Origin: a virus
Taxonomy: Duplodnaviria; Caudoviricetes
DNA: 34,813 nt
Virus record (IMG/VR): IMGVR_UViG_3300020381_000736
Location: 1-34,813 of that record
Reading direction: 5' to 3' (one strand)
Notes under the pieces: model-generated
What the model saw: only the letters and a program-made list of their open reading frames with translations
The model's database searches: none
Told to the model about the DNA's origin: nothing
Position numbers and translations under genes: made by a program
Shown: positions 1-7,601 of the stretch, one piece after another
How the letters are laid out: every line of letters starts with the position of its first letter
Numbering within the stretch: the first letter of the stretch is position 1

Positions 1-312
1 AAATTTGTTATCAAAGAAATTTTCATTAAAGGTGTCGTATAACCACTCCCGAACTCTATGCTTTAATTTTGTATCTGTTATAGTTGCTAGTCCATTAAAA
101 CGTTCTTTGTCCGATTGGTTAACATGTTCACCCATTTTGTTGGTTCCAATTTGCCAATTGTTCCATGTAATTTTAGAATTTGGAAATCGTACTTTTACTT
201 CTTGTGGAAACTCATAAGCATTAACTAAATCTATATCTTCTTGTAAAAGAAAATCTTCTGCCACAAATGGTATTTTAAACTCTTTGCAATCTATGTAATA
301 ATTATTGCTCAT
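1..312 (-). CDS. Partial CDS (3' end outside window), paralog of the two adjacent putative Fe(II)/2OG-dioxygenase-like proteins
   Basis: Not in the ORF track. Manual translation from ATG at 312 gives MSNNYYIDCKEFKIPFVAEDFLLQEDIDL...KITW...LATITDTKLKHRVREWLYDTFNENFFDNKF, open to position 1. It aligns with the N-termini of 302..1096 (YFDI..PFTAEDILLDSDFDL..IAW..QEWALDIFPDNFF) and 1115..2026. Confidence 0.8.
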   Translation of the reverse strand, partial: MSNNYYIDCKEFKIPFVAEDFLLQEDIDLVNAYEFPQEVKVRFPNSKITWNNWQIGTNKMGEHVNQSDKERFNGLATITDTKLKHRVREWLYDTFNENFFDNKF

Positions 313-1096
313 TTAATAAGTTTCCTTCTTTATGTAAGTCCACCCAATGTTGCATTGGTAAATTTTCATTACACATAAGTCTAAAACTTATTCTTGGTTC
401 TGTTGCTCTGCTGTTCTCAACCCGATGCCAAGGATTAGGATGTGTATCCATATGACCTAAGTTTAATAAAAAAGGACAATCATAATTTACTTTTCTATCT
501 ATTTCAGTAACATTTTCATCTATAGTCATTATAGCATCACTGTAAAAGTTACTTCTTATATTTTTATTTTCACACCACTGTACATCCTGTTCGGGTGTTC
601 TTGATTTATATAACTGTTCGATAGTATTTATCACAAAATCGTTCGGTTGTCCAAAAACAATATCACTGTCTTCATTTGCTTTAAATTTTATATTAAGTAC
701 GCAACTGGTTCTGGCAAAGCCTTCATCTGTTTTCGTCCAAGGGTAAAATCCTTCATAATGCCATCTAGTTGTTTCACTAGGTTTGGTCATTACTAATGTT
801 GCAGGAAATGATTTGTTTGGTCTTTTATAATATGCTTGTGTAAAAAAATTATCTGGGAAAATATCCAATGCCCATTCTTGCATAAGCCTAGATATCTGTT
901 TATTTTTTAGAAATCCTATTTGTAAGTTAGGTGCTTCTTCGTTTGTAGTCCAAGCAATATTTGTTGCTTTGTTAAAAACTTCGACTGCAGGCTGATGCCC
1001 GTCTTGTAAATCAAAATCAGAATCCAACAAAATATCCTCTGCGGTAAAAGGCAAAGGATATTTTAATAATTCTGGTATATCAAAATATGTGTTCAC
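302..1096 (-). CDS. Putative Fe(II)/2-oxoglutarate dioxygenase-like (DSBH/cupin fold) protein
   Basis: 264 aa, GTG start. WHYEG (HxE) plus distal WHRVEN..PRISFRL fits the HxD/E...H...R arrangement of 2OG-Fe(II) enzymes. Confidence 0.55.
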   Translation of the reverse strand: MNTYFDIPELLKYPLPFTAEDILLDSDFDLQDGHQPAVEVFNKATNIAWTTNEEAPNLQIGFLKNKQISRLMQEWALDIFPDNFFTQAYYKRPNKSFPATLVMTKPSETTRWHYEGFYPWTKTDEGFARTSCVLNIKFKANEDSDIVFGQPNDFVINTIEQLYKSRTPEQDVQWCENKNIRSNFYSDAIMTIDENVTEIDRKVNYDCPFLLNLGHMDTHPNPWHRVENSRATEPRISFRLMCNENLPMQHWVDLHKEGNLLNEQ

Positions 1097-1101
1097 TCAC
1101 A

Positions 1102-1109
1102 TATTTAGT
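1102..1109 (-). promoter_or_regulatory. T4-type late promoter variant ACTAAATA, 5 nt before the GTG start at 1096
   Basis: Same TAAATA-N5-start geometry as six other genes; variant first two bases. Confidence 0.5.
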
Positions 1110-1114
1110 ATGAT

Positions 1115-2026
1115 TTATTTTAAGAGAAGACCTTTTTCGTTTAGTTCTTCAATTTGTTCAAAGGTAAAATCTTTATCTGAACACATTAATCTCATGCTAA
1201 TTCTTGATTTTTCTTCTGATAAAACTATTCTATGATATTTTTGTAAGTTAATGATATATGGATTTGTATATCCAACACGTCTAACAACTGGTGTAACTTC
1301 TCTTTCTTCGTATTCGTTGCCTTCACCTAAGAAGCCATCTCTACCTGTGTACACACCAAATGTATCGCCTGTGTCATCTGTAACAGCAACTCTTTCACTA
1401 CCTGATTGAGGATCTGGATGTTTAACCATTAACTTATTAAGTAATGTTTGTTCTAAAGCATCTATGTCGTTTGATTGTTCACCAAATTCAACTGCTGTGC
1501 CTTTATCATCTCCCCAAAGTTTAAAGTTAATAGCATATTGACTTCTATTTAACTTTAGATATTCTCGTTGTTCTGCAGTATGATGTTCTGCATAACCTTC
1601 TCTATGATAGTGTGAATTCCATTGAAACTTTATAAGTGTTACAGGAAAAAATCCTTCAACTTTCTTATCTAACATATCTATAGAGAATGTTTCATGAAAA
1701 TAATCTCTCAGCATGTGTTGATATTTTTTAGTTCTAATGTAACCAATTGTTCCTGCTGGTCTACCAGCACTTGAAGTTACATTCCAAAGTATGTTTGTTG
1801 ATTGGAAGGGTTTTGCAAATTTTTGTTGTAATCCAAATTCTTCAGCAAACTCTAAATCTGTGCTATCAAATATTTCATCTGAAGTAAAAGGCATTTCAAT
1901 AGGTAAATCTATATAGTAGCCTTTGTTGTCCTCTGTGTTCTGGTCTCCAGCATTTTTAATAACAGGCATGGTGTTGTATTTCCAGCCATCAAATGTGAAG
2001 TCATTTTGTTTTATTGCATTTTGCAT
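1115..2026 (-). CDS. Putative Fe(II)/2OG dioxygenase-like protein, paralog of 302..1096
   Basis: 303 aa. YHREG (HxE) and YHRIVL..SRISMRLMC; C-terminus LNEKGLLLK versus LHKEGNLLNE in the paralog. AGGAG Shine-Dalgarno upstream. Confidence 0.55.
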   Translation of the reverse strand: MQNAIKQNDFTFDGWKYNTMPVIKNAGDQNTEDNKGYYIDLPIEMPFTSDEIFDSTDLEFAEEFGLQQKFAKPFQSTNILWNVTSSAGRPAGTIGYIRTKKYQHMLRDYFHETFSIDMLDKKVEGFFPVTLIKFQWNSHYHREGYAEHHTAEQREYLKLNRSQYAINFKLWGDDKGTAVEFGEQSNDIDALEQTLLNKLMVKHPDPQSGSERVAVTDDTGDTFGVYTGRDGFLGEGNEYEEREVTPVVRRVGYTNPYIINLQKYHRIVLSEEKSRISMRLMCSDKDFTFEQIEELNEKGLLLK

Positions 2027-2053
2027 ATTTGTCTCCTACAACAGTATAGTATC

Positions 2054-2061
2054 TATTTATC
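2054..2061 (-). promoter_or_regulatory. T4-type late promoter GATAAATA
   Basis: Intergenic motif upstream of the SD and ATG at 2026; recurrent motif in this window. Confidence 0.65.
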
Positions 2062-2064
2062 TGT

Positions 2065-2832
2065 TTATCCCATTACAAAGCCTAAAGGTGCATTTCCTTC
2101 TTCCATATTATGTAGTCCAGCAATCAACTGATCCATCTCTGTCAGTGCTTCTGCCTTTAAGGCATCACCGTTTAATGTAGTTGATCCACCTGGTCCTGGA
2201 AGTCCACCTGGAAATTTACTTCTTGCTTCGCCTAACATCATTTTACTTTGTGCTAAGGCAAAGTTTGATAGCCAATCAGCCGCATAAACATCTTTTATTA
2301 AAACACTTTCTGGTATAAAATTGTTGACTCCAACAGCAATATCTTCTTCATGTGCTACGTTTCGTAATATGGTTAGTTCTTTTGTATTTCTATTAAAAGT
2401 AAAATTGTACTCACTACCAAATACACGACCAATGGTTTCTTTGTATTGTGCAAATGCATCAAATACTGCAAGTCCACCTATTTGTCCTGCTTGTAGCATG
2501 TACATATTATTAAAGGCAACATCAAATGGATCAAAGTTAGTACCGCCACCACTGTTAGTACCAATACCTCTTCTGTATAGTCTTTTAACATCTATAACTT
2601 CATCAGGTAAAGTGTATTTTGTGACGCCGTCTAATGTTTGGATAAAAATAACTGCTTCTTCAACACTACCACTACTTAATTGTCTGTACTTTTGTATAGA
2701 TTTATTAATAGCAATGTCGTAATGTTCTCTATCTAACTCAACATCAACCATGCCGTCAGCCAACCTAAGTTGAATCTCACGAATGATTTCGTCTCTGTTA
2801 TTATATCCTATTTGGTCGATTCTCTGTGCCAT
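2065..2832 (-). CDS. Neck/head-completion protein (T4 gp13-like)
   Basis: Start moved to ATG 2832 (MAQRIDQ). The motifs IDVKRLYRRG, FDPF, WLSNFALAQSKMMLGEARSKF and PGPGG.TTLNG resemble gp13-family neck proteins of large myoviruses. Confidence 0.7.
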   Translation of the reverse strand: MAQRIDQIGYNNRDEIIREIQLRLADGMVDVELDREHYDIAINKSIQKYRQLSSGSVEEAVIFIQTLDGVTKYTLPDEVIDVKRLYRRGIGTNSGGGTNFDPFDVAFNNMYMLQAGQIGGLAVFDAFAQYKETIGRVFGSEYNFTFNRNTKELTILRNVAHEEDIAVGVNNFIPESVLIKDVYAADWLSNFALAQSKMMLGEARSKFPGGLPGPGGSTTLNGDALKAEALTEMDQLIAGLHNMEEGNAPLGFVMG

Positions 2833-2837
2833 ACTAC

Positions 2838-2845
2838 TATTTATC
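2838..2845 (-). promoter_or_regulatory. T4-type late promoter GATAAATA, 5 nt before ATG 2832
   Basis: Minus strand reads GATAAATA-GTAGT-ATG; no SD. Confidence 0.7.
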
Positions 2846-2856
2846 ACTTTTTGCTT

Positions 2857-4017
2857 TTAAAAGGCTTTAAGTATGATAGTAGTATCGTTTAATCTTCCGT
2901 TGAGTTTGGTAGGTGTTGTTTTTATTTCTTCGAATGCTTTAGCAAATCTTGTTTTAGCATTTCCAGTCCAATTATTAATTTGTTCTGCAGGTTTTCTTAG
3001 TGTTTTTTGCAAACTAGATTCATCGTCAAAATCTTGTATAGTAGTTCCTTTAACCATTAATCCTGCACCAGGTCTGCCTAATCCACGTGGGTCTTTGCTC
3101 GTAGCATGGTAGACTCCTACTTTACGAGTCTTTGTATTATACACCCATAGTTCGTTAGCATATACGACGTCTGTGGGCGATATAGATGCTATTCCTAATG
3201 TTCCATCGTTGACTTGAAACTTCATTTTCTTAATAATGCTTTCTTTACTTCTTGCTCTAGGTTTGCGTTGTTTTCTATTTGCTTTACCAGTAAGTATTAT
3301 AGCATCACAGGCGGCATTAATTTTTTCAAAGAAAGCAACATAATCCTTCTTCATTTTTTTATCCATAAAACTGTATGCTTCTTTTAACTGTTCACATGTA
3401 CCTGCTAAATTTTCTTTTGCTTCTTCAGTAATCATTTCATACTGACCTTTAACTATTTTAGCATGTGCTGGTTTTATTACACCACCACCAAATATTTTCA
3501 TATCTTTTTCAGGATCAAACTCTTTAAGATTAAATCCTTCATCCACATATTTGTCTAATAAGTCGTCCCAATCACCACAAAGGTCTGTTACTTGCATAAG
3601 CATTCTTTCTTGTATGCTAATTTTAGGTGCTTTTTCTTTTTTCTTTTCTTGTTGTTCTTCTACAACTGTCAATCCTAATTCATGGTATTCATCTTTTTTC
3701 TTATCGTAAAACTTTGCTAAACGTTCTGGCATGTATCCTAACTTTTTCCATAACCATGCATACTTGGCACTACTGCTAAATCGCCAATCAGGATTTTTTA
3801 GTATAATCTTAATTTCTTCAGGTGCCCAACCACTTGCTTCTTTAACCCATTTCCTATATGCGGCAACACCATCCTTTGTAGATATTTCAGAATGCACAAA
3901 GTAGTCACAAGAGTTAAATGCTTTCTCTTGTTCTTCAGGATTAGTCAAACCAATGAACTTTTTCCAGTCAGGTTCCCTGGTTACATAAACGGTTCTTTGT
4001 TTTTTCTTTCTAGCCAT
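2857..4017 (-). CDS. Conserved hypothetical protein of T4-like phages (basic, probably early)
   Basis: 386 aa. The C-terminal ELWVYNTKTRK...VKGTTI...QKTLRKP...NGRLNDTTIILK is a pattern I recognise from T4-like aquatic phages. Preceded by a near-consensus sigma70 promoter. Confidence 0.7.
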   Translation of the reverse strand: MARKKKQRTVYVTREPDWKKFIGLTNPEEQEKAFNSCDYFVHSEISTKDGVAAYRKWVKEASGWAPEEIKIILKNPDWRFSSSAKYAWLWKKLGYMPERLAKFYDKKKDEYHELGLTVVEEQQEKKKEKAPKISIQERMLMQVTDLCGDWDDLLDKYVDEGFNLKEFDPEKDMKIFGGGVIKPAHAKIVKGQYEMITEEAKENLAGTCEQLKEAYSFMDKKMKKDYVAFFEKINAACDAIILTGKANRKQRKPRARSKESIIKKMKFQVNDGTLGIASISPTDVVYANELWVYNTKTRKVGVYHATSKDPRGLGRPGAGLMVKGTTIQDFDDESSLQKTLRKPAEQINNWTGNAKTRFAKAFEEIKTTPTKLNGRLNDTTIILKAF

Positions 4018-4054
4018 TTTTTATTGATTATACTCCAAGTCAATAATGCTAGTT

Positions 4055-4083
4055 AGTATAACTTCAAAAAATTTTGTTGTCAA
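4055..4083 (-). promoter_or_regulatory. Host sigma70-type (early) promoter TTGACA-N17-TATACT
   Basis: -35 TTGACA at 4083-4078, 17-nt spacer, -10 TATACT at 4060-4055; GGAG SD downstream. Confidence 0.8.
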
Positions 4084-4112
4084 TTGGTAAATTTTGATTC
4101 AAAAGGGAGATT

Positions 4113-4535
4113 TTATAGTTTTTTTGCTGTTAAACCTACATTTGCAGATGCAACTCTTGTTTCATTATCAAAAACTTTGCATTCATAAAACATATGATTA
4201 AATTTTCGTCTTACTAATTTTGCTTGTAGTGTTAATTTTGTTCCTGGAAATACAGGAAATCTAAATTTACATTTGTCTACACTTGTAACAAAAGTAACAT
4301 AATCTTCATGTTTAACTGTGCCAACTTCTTTGCCTGCTAGATATAATGCATGGAGACCAGCACATTGATTCATTCCTTCGATAAGATATACACCGGGCCA
4401 AATTTTTACATGTGGGAAGTGTCCTTCTAATACAGGGTGGTCATTTTTTACTAAAAATGTTGCTTCTATTTCTTCATCATTAATAATAGTGTGTTCATCT
4501 ATTAATGCAATAGGATGTCTGTGTGGTAGTTCCAT
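4113..4535 (-). CDS. fabZ: 3-hydroxyacyl-ACP dehydratase (FabZ family, hotdog fold)
   Basis: LPHRHPIALID, GHFP, PGVYLIEGMNQ and KFRFPVFPG match FabZ signatures including the catalytic His and Glu. Confidence 0.88.
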   Translation of the reverse strand: MELPHRHPIALIDEHTIINDEEIEATFLVKNDHPVLEGHFPHVKIWPGVYLIEGMNQCAGLHALYLAGKEVGTVKHEDYVTFVTSVDKCKFRFPVFPGTKLTLQAKLVRRKFNHMFYECKVFDNETRVASANVGLTAKKL

Positions 4536-4540
4536 ATCTG

Positions 4541-4548
4541 TATTTATG
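4541..4548 (-). promoter_or_regulatory. Late promoter CATAAATA, 5 nt before ATG 4535
   Basis: CATAAATA-CAGAT-ATG. Confidence 0.65.
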
Positions 4549-4581
4549 GACTGGTTTGTATGGAGTCTATATATTCCTGAA

Positions 4582-6345
4582 TCATATGGGTTTGAATTCA
4601 GTTACTTCACCTTCATTAACCCATTGCACAGAATTATATACAGTATGTTGCTTTATGTTCATTACTTTAGTCCAGTAATTGTCCCAGTAATCATTCATAA
4701 AATTTGTTTTAGATGCATCTTGTGGTACTTTATGATATGTAGCAGTCAGTTTAGGAATCCATCCTCTACTGTTATTAAAATCTTCATTAAGTCTTTTAAC
4801 AAAACGTTCCGCACCACTAAATGTTATGCCATGTTTGTTACGCCAACTTCTAACAATAGCACCTTTAGTTTGACCTTGCAATCTATTTCTTTCTTCATTA
4901 GGAAATGTATATCCATACTCTTCTGGATTTCTATCTATTTTACTTCCTGTTTGTTGAAAATTTTGGTCTCCAGAAGTTGTAACATCATGTTTAGATAAAT
5001 CTCTAATATACATAAAGTTTACCATTAAATAATCTAAAGGATTAAATTTTGGATCAAGTAATTGTTCTCTAAACAATTTTAAACTTTCATTAGAATCTTC
5101 AGGTAGTCCAACTACAAAAGAACTAAACAGTTGTACTTTGTCTTTGAATATTCCGTTCTTAAGTTCCCACAAATATTCAAACTGTTCTAGTGGATTCCAA
5201 CCTTTGCCTATTAAAGGACCATTAAGAGGATTCAAACTTTCTATACCATAATGAGGATTAAATAATCCGCAGTCTAATAAAACTTGTTCTTGTTTTAATC
5301 TATGTTGTAAGTCTAATCTAATAAATGCACTTAACTCTAAAGGGATATCTGCATTGTGTCTAGCCTCTGCTATAAGTTTTAATTTGTCTGTATCTTCATT
5401 AAATGTATCATCCATTACCCAATATTTGTAAATGCCATGTTCTTCCCAATTACGTTTAAGTTCGTCTTGTATTAGACTTTGTTTTCTAATGTAAGAACCT
5501 TTTTCTTTGCCTAGTAGTCCAAAATTACAGAAACTGCAACTAAAAATACATCCACGTGAAGTTTCTAACGGCATTTCATCGCCAGGTAAAATTACATCTT
5601 CATCACAAAAACTCATGGTACTATTTTTAATATCTAATCTACTACCTCTATCTGTATATGTGGGCCATTCTTTTCCTTCTTTGATGTCATCTAACATTTC
5701 AAAAATTGTTGCTTCTGCATATCCAATGTTTATAATATCCATATCTAACATAGGACTATCAAATTTTGGATCTAATAAAGTATCTAATGTGTGAGGACTT
5801 CCGCCGGACACTAGTTTAGTATTTGGATTTATTGCATTTATCCATTCTTTAACTTTGCGTTGTCGTTGAGGAGGCATATACAATGAATGAAATAATGCCC
5901 AAGGGTTCCATGAACTATGAAATGTTTGACTAAAGCCAACCATTAAAGTGTTGTCTCCAACAAATTTTTCAAATAATTTTTTAAAGTCGTCTTCTGTAAA
6001 ATACCAATAGTGTATTACAACTTGTACAGTATAACCTTTTTTGCGTAATTCATGTGCAAGTTTATACATAGCATAACTTCTTGCAGTATGATGTGCAGAA
6101 CAAAATTCATTTTGGTCAACATAGTGATATACTCTTTCATCCTCAGGAGATTCTTTTTCCACAAACTGCAAATAATCTGCATATTCTTCGTCTGTAAATT
6201 GTTTGAATCCTTGTTTTTCGCCTATACCACCAGCATAAACACTAGTGCCTGGTATTCTTCCTTCAAAATACCATATAGCAGTAAGGTCATCTGCAAATAG
6301 CAGAATATCTACTGGTGATTTCTCTGGATTGAATTGTTCTAACAT
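4582..6345 (-). CDS. Radical SAM enzyme with B12-binding-like N-terminal domain
   Basis: LETSRGCIFSCSFC (CxxxCxxC), DDTFN, GIESLN and FVVGLP; upstream VGFS..F / VSGG / GYAE typical of cobalamin-binding radical SAM proteins. Confidence 0.85.
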   Translation of the reverse strand: MLEQFNPEKSPVDILLFADDLTAIWYFEGRIPGTSVYAGGIGEKQGFKQFTDEEYADYLQFVEKESPEDERVYHYVDQNEFCSAHHTARSYAMYKLAHELRKKGYTVQVVIHYWYFTEDDFKKLFEKFVGDNTLMVGFSQTFHSSWNPWALFHSLYMPPQRQRKVKEWINAINPNTKLVSGGSPHTLDTLLDPKFDSPMLDMDIINIGYAEATIFEMLDDIKEGKEWPTYTDRGSRLDIKNSTMSFCDEDVILPGDEMPLETSRGCIFSCSFCNFGLLGKEKGSYIRKQSLIQDELKRNWEEHGIYKYWVMDDTFNEDTDKLKLIAEARHNADIPLELSAFIRLDLQHRLKQEQVLLDCGLFNPHYGIESLNPLNGPLIGKGWNPLEQFEYLWELKNGIFKDKVQLFSSFVVGLPEDSNESLKLFREQLLDPKFNPLDYLMVNFMYIRDLSKHDVTTSGDQNFQQTGSKIDRNPEEYGYTFPNEERNRLQGQTKGAIVRSWRNKHGITFSGAERFVKRLNEDFNNSRGWIPKLTATYHKVPQDASKTNFMNDYWDNYWTKVMNIKQHTVYNSVQWVNEGEVTEFKPI

Positions 6346-6350
6346 GTATG

Positions 6351-6358
6351 TACTTATC
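6351..6358 (-). promoter_or_regulatory. Late promoter GATAAGTA, 5 nt before ATG 6345
   Basis: GATAAGTA-CATAC-ATG. Confidence 0.65.
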
Positions 6359-6364
6359 GTATTT

Positions 6365-7081
6365 TTAGTCTACAAAAGCACGTTCAAGAACAAAGTCGCC
6401 TGCCTCTCCTAAATTGCCTTCTATAAATCCAGCCTCTTCAAAATAGTCTCTGCATTCAAAATTCATATCAGGTCCGCCACATACCATTACTCTGTCTGTA
6501 TCTCTATTAAATCCACCATTAGTAAATTCTTCTATGTGTTCCCAGAATCTACCTTTACGAACATAATCTTCTTGAGTACAAGTATCATAATATGTTAAAG
6601 AAAATGTATTGCACATTTCTTGTATAACATCTGTGTATGTGTGTTCTGAATGTGTTCTTGTGGTATGTACTAGTATTACATTTTTAAATTTTTCATATGT
6701 TTCAGGGTCTCTAATTATACTCATAAAAGGTGCTAAACCTGTACCTGTGGATAACAAGTATAAATTATCTGCTTCAGTTAAATTATCAATCGTTAGAGTG
6801 CCCGTACATTTTGGCATACATACAACTTCATCTCCGACTTTTAAATGCTGTAAACGACTTGTAAGAGGGCCGTCTGGTACTTTTATACTAAGGAACTCTA
6901 ATTCATCTTCGTAGTTTGCACTTGCAATACTATATGCTCTTAATAAAGGTCTTTCTTCCCCCATTAATCCAATCATTGCAAACTCACCATTTTTAAAACG
7001 GAATGTTTGACTTCGTGTGGTTTTAAAACTAAATGTTTTGTCGGTCCAGTGATGTACCCATGTAACTGTTTCTGTGTTCAA
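6365..7081 (-). CDS. fpr: Ferredoxin/flavodoxin-NADP(+) reductase (bacterial Fpr type)
   Basis: RAYSIAS (FAD binding), KVPDGPLTSRLQ, STGTGLAPFMS, MVCGGP and C-terminal ERAFV. TTG start overlaps the upstream TGA. Confidence 0.92.
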   Translation of the reverse strand: MNTETVTWVHHWTDKTFSFKTTRSQTFRFKNGEFAMIGLMGEERPLLRAYSIASANYEDELEFLSIKVPDGPLTSRLQHLKVGDEVVCMPKCTGTLTIDNLTEADNLYLLSTGTGLAPFMSIIRDPETYEKFKNVILVHTTRTHSEHTYTDVIQEMCNTFSLTYYDTCTQEDYVRKGRFWEHIEEFTNGGFNRDTDRVMVCGGPDMNFECRDYFEEAGFIEGNLGEAGDFVLERAFVD

Positions 7082-7332
7082 TGTTTGGTCGCCTTAAATG
7101 ATTCTATCATTGCTTTTCTAACTTCAGGGTCTTTCATTTTATCTAAGTATTCTGTATTTAAATCAAATGCAACATTATGTTCAAATTTACTTAATAAACT
7201 TAAATCATCAACACCCATCATTGTACAAATCTCTTCAAATGACAGCATGTCAAGTCCTTGTTCTTTTGCATCAAGCAATATATCTAATATTGCTTGGGTA
7301 ATTTTATCTTCTAAATCTATTTCATCGCTCAT
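7078..7332 (-). CDS. Small acidic hypothetical protein (84 aa)
   Basis: Start reassigned to ATG 7332 (MSDEIDLEDK) because the longer ORF runs through tRNA-Ala. Stop overlaps the fpr start. Confidence 0.7.
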   Translation of the reverse strand: MSDEIDLEDKITQAILDILLDAKEQGLDMLSFEEICTMMGVDDLSLLSKFEHNVAFDLNTEYLDKMKDPEVRKAMIESFKATKH

Positions 7333-7343
7333 AATATACCAAG

Positions 7344-7419
7344 TGGTGGAGCGGACAGGGGTCGAACCTGCGACCTTCTGGATGCAAACCAGACGCTCTC
7401 CCAACTGAGCTACCGCCCC
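7344..7419 (-). tRNA. tRNA-Ala(UGC)
   Basis: GGGGCGGTAGCTCAGTTGGGAGAGCGTCTGGTTTGCATCCAGAAGGTCGCAGGTTCGACCCCTGTCCGCTCCACCA: 76 nt, anticodon TGC, G3:U70 Ala identity pair, encoded CCA. Confidence 0.97.
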
Positions 7420-7443
7420 AAACTTTTATTTATTAAATCAGTT

Positions 7444-7533
7444 TGGCGGAGAGAGAGGGATTCGAACCCTCGATACAGTTACCCGTATAACACCTTAGCA
7501 GGGTGCCGCTTTCAACCACTCAGCCACCTCTCC
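7444..7533 (-). tRNA. tRNA-Ser(GCU)
   Basis: GGAGAGGTGGCTGAGTGGTTGAAAGCGGCACCCTGCTAAGGTGT...GGTTCGAATCCCTCTCTCTCCGCCA: 90 nt, anticodon GCT, long variable arm, G73, encoded CCA. Confidence 0.97.
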
Positions 7534-7543
7534 TATTCCTAGC

Positions 7544-7572
7544 AGTATATATGCTTTCACGTTGTTTGTCAA
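7544..7572 (-). promoter_or_regulatory. Host sigma70-type promoter TTGACA-N17-TATACT for the tRNA-Ser/tRNA-Ala/orf/fpr unit
   Basis: -35 at 7572-7567, 17-nt spacer, -10 at 7549-7544, 10 nt before the tRNA-Ser 5' end. Confidence 0.85.
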
Positions 7573-7586
7573 GAAGTTTAGAAAGT

Positions 7587-7594
7587 GATAAATA
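7587..7594 (+). promoter_or_regulatory. Late promoter GATAAATA, 7 nt before ATG 7602
   Basis: GATAAATA-CTACATT-ATG; back-to-back with the tRNA promoter. Confidence 0.7.
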
Positions 7595-7601
7595 CTACAT
7601 T

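Noticed and set aside
7333-7408. N-terminal extension of ORF 7078..7404 and ORF 7007..7408 (+)
   Set aside because: They read through tRNA-Ala; the real CDS most likely starts at ATG 7332.
7344-7533. Prophage attachment site or host-phage boundary at the tRNAs
   Set aside because: Phage structural genes and phage promoter motifs flank both sides; no integrase or duplicated tRNA 3' end was seen.
7503-7601. 33-codon N-terminal extension of the gp14-like ORF
   Set aside because: It overlaps tRNA-Ser antisense and two promoters; the late motif points to ATG 7602.
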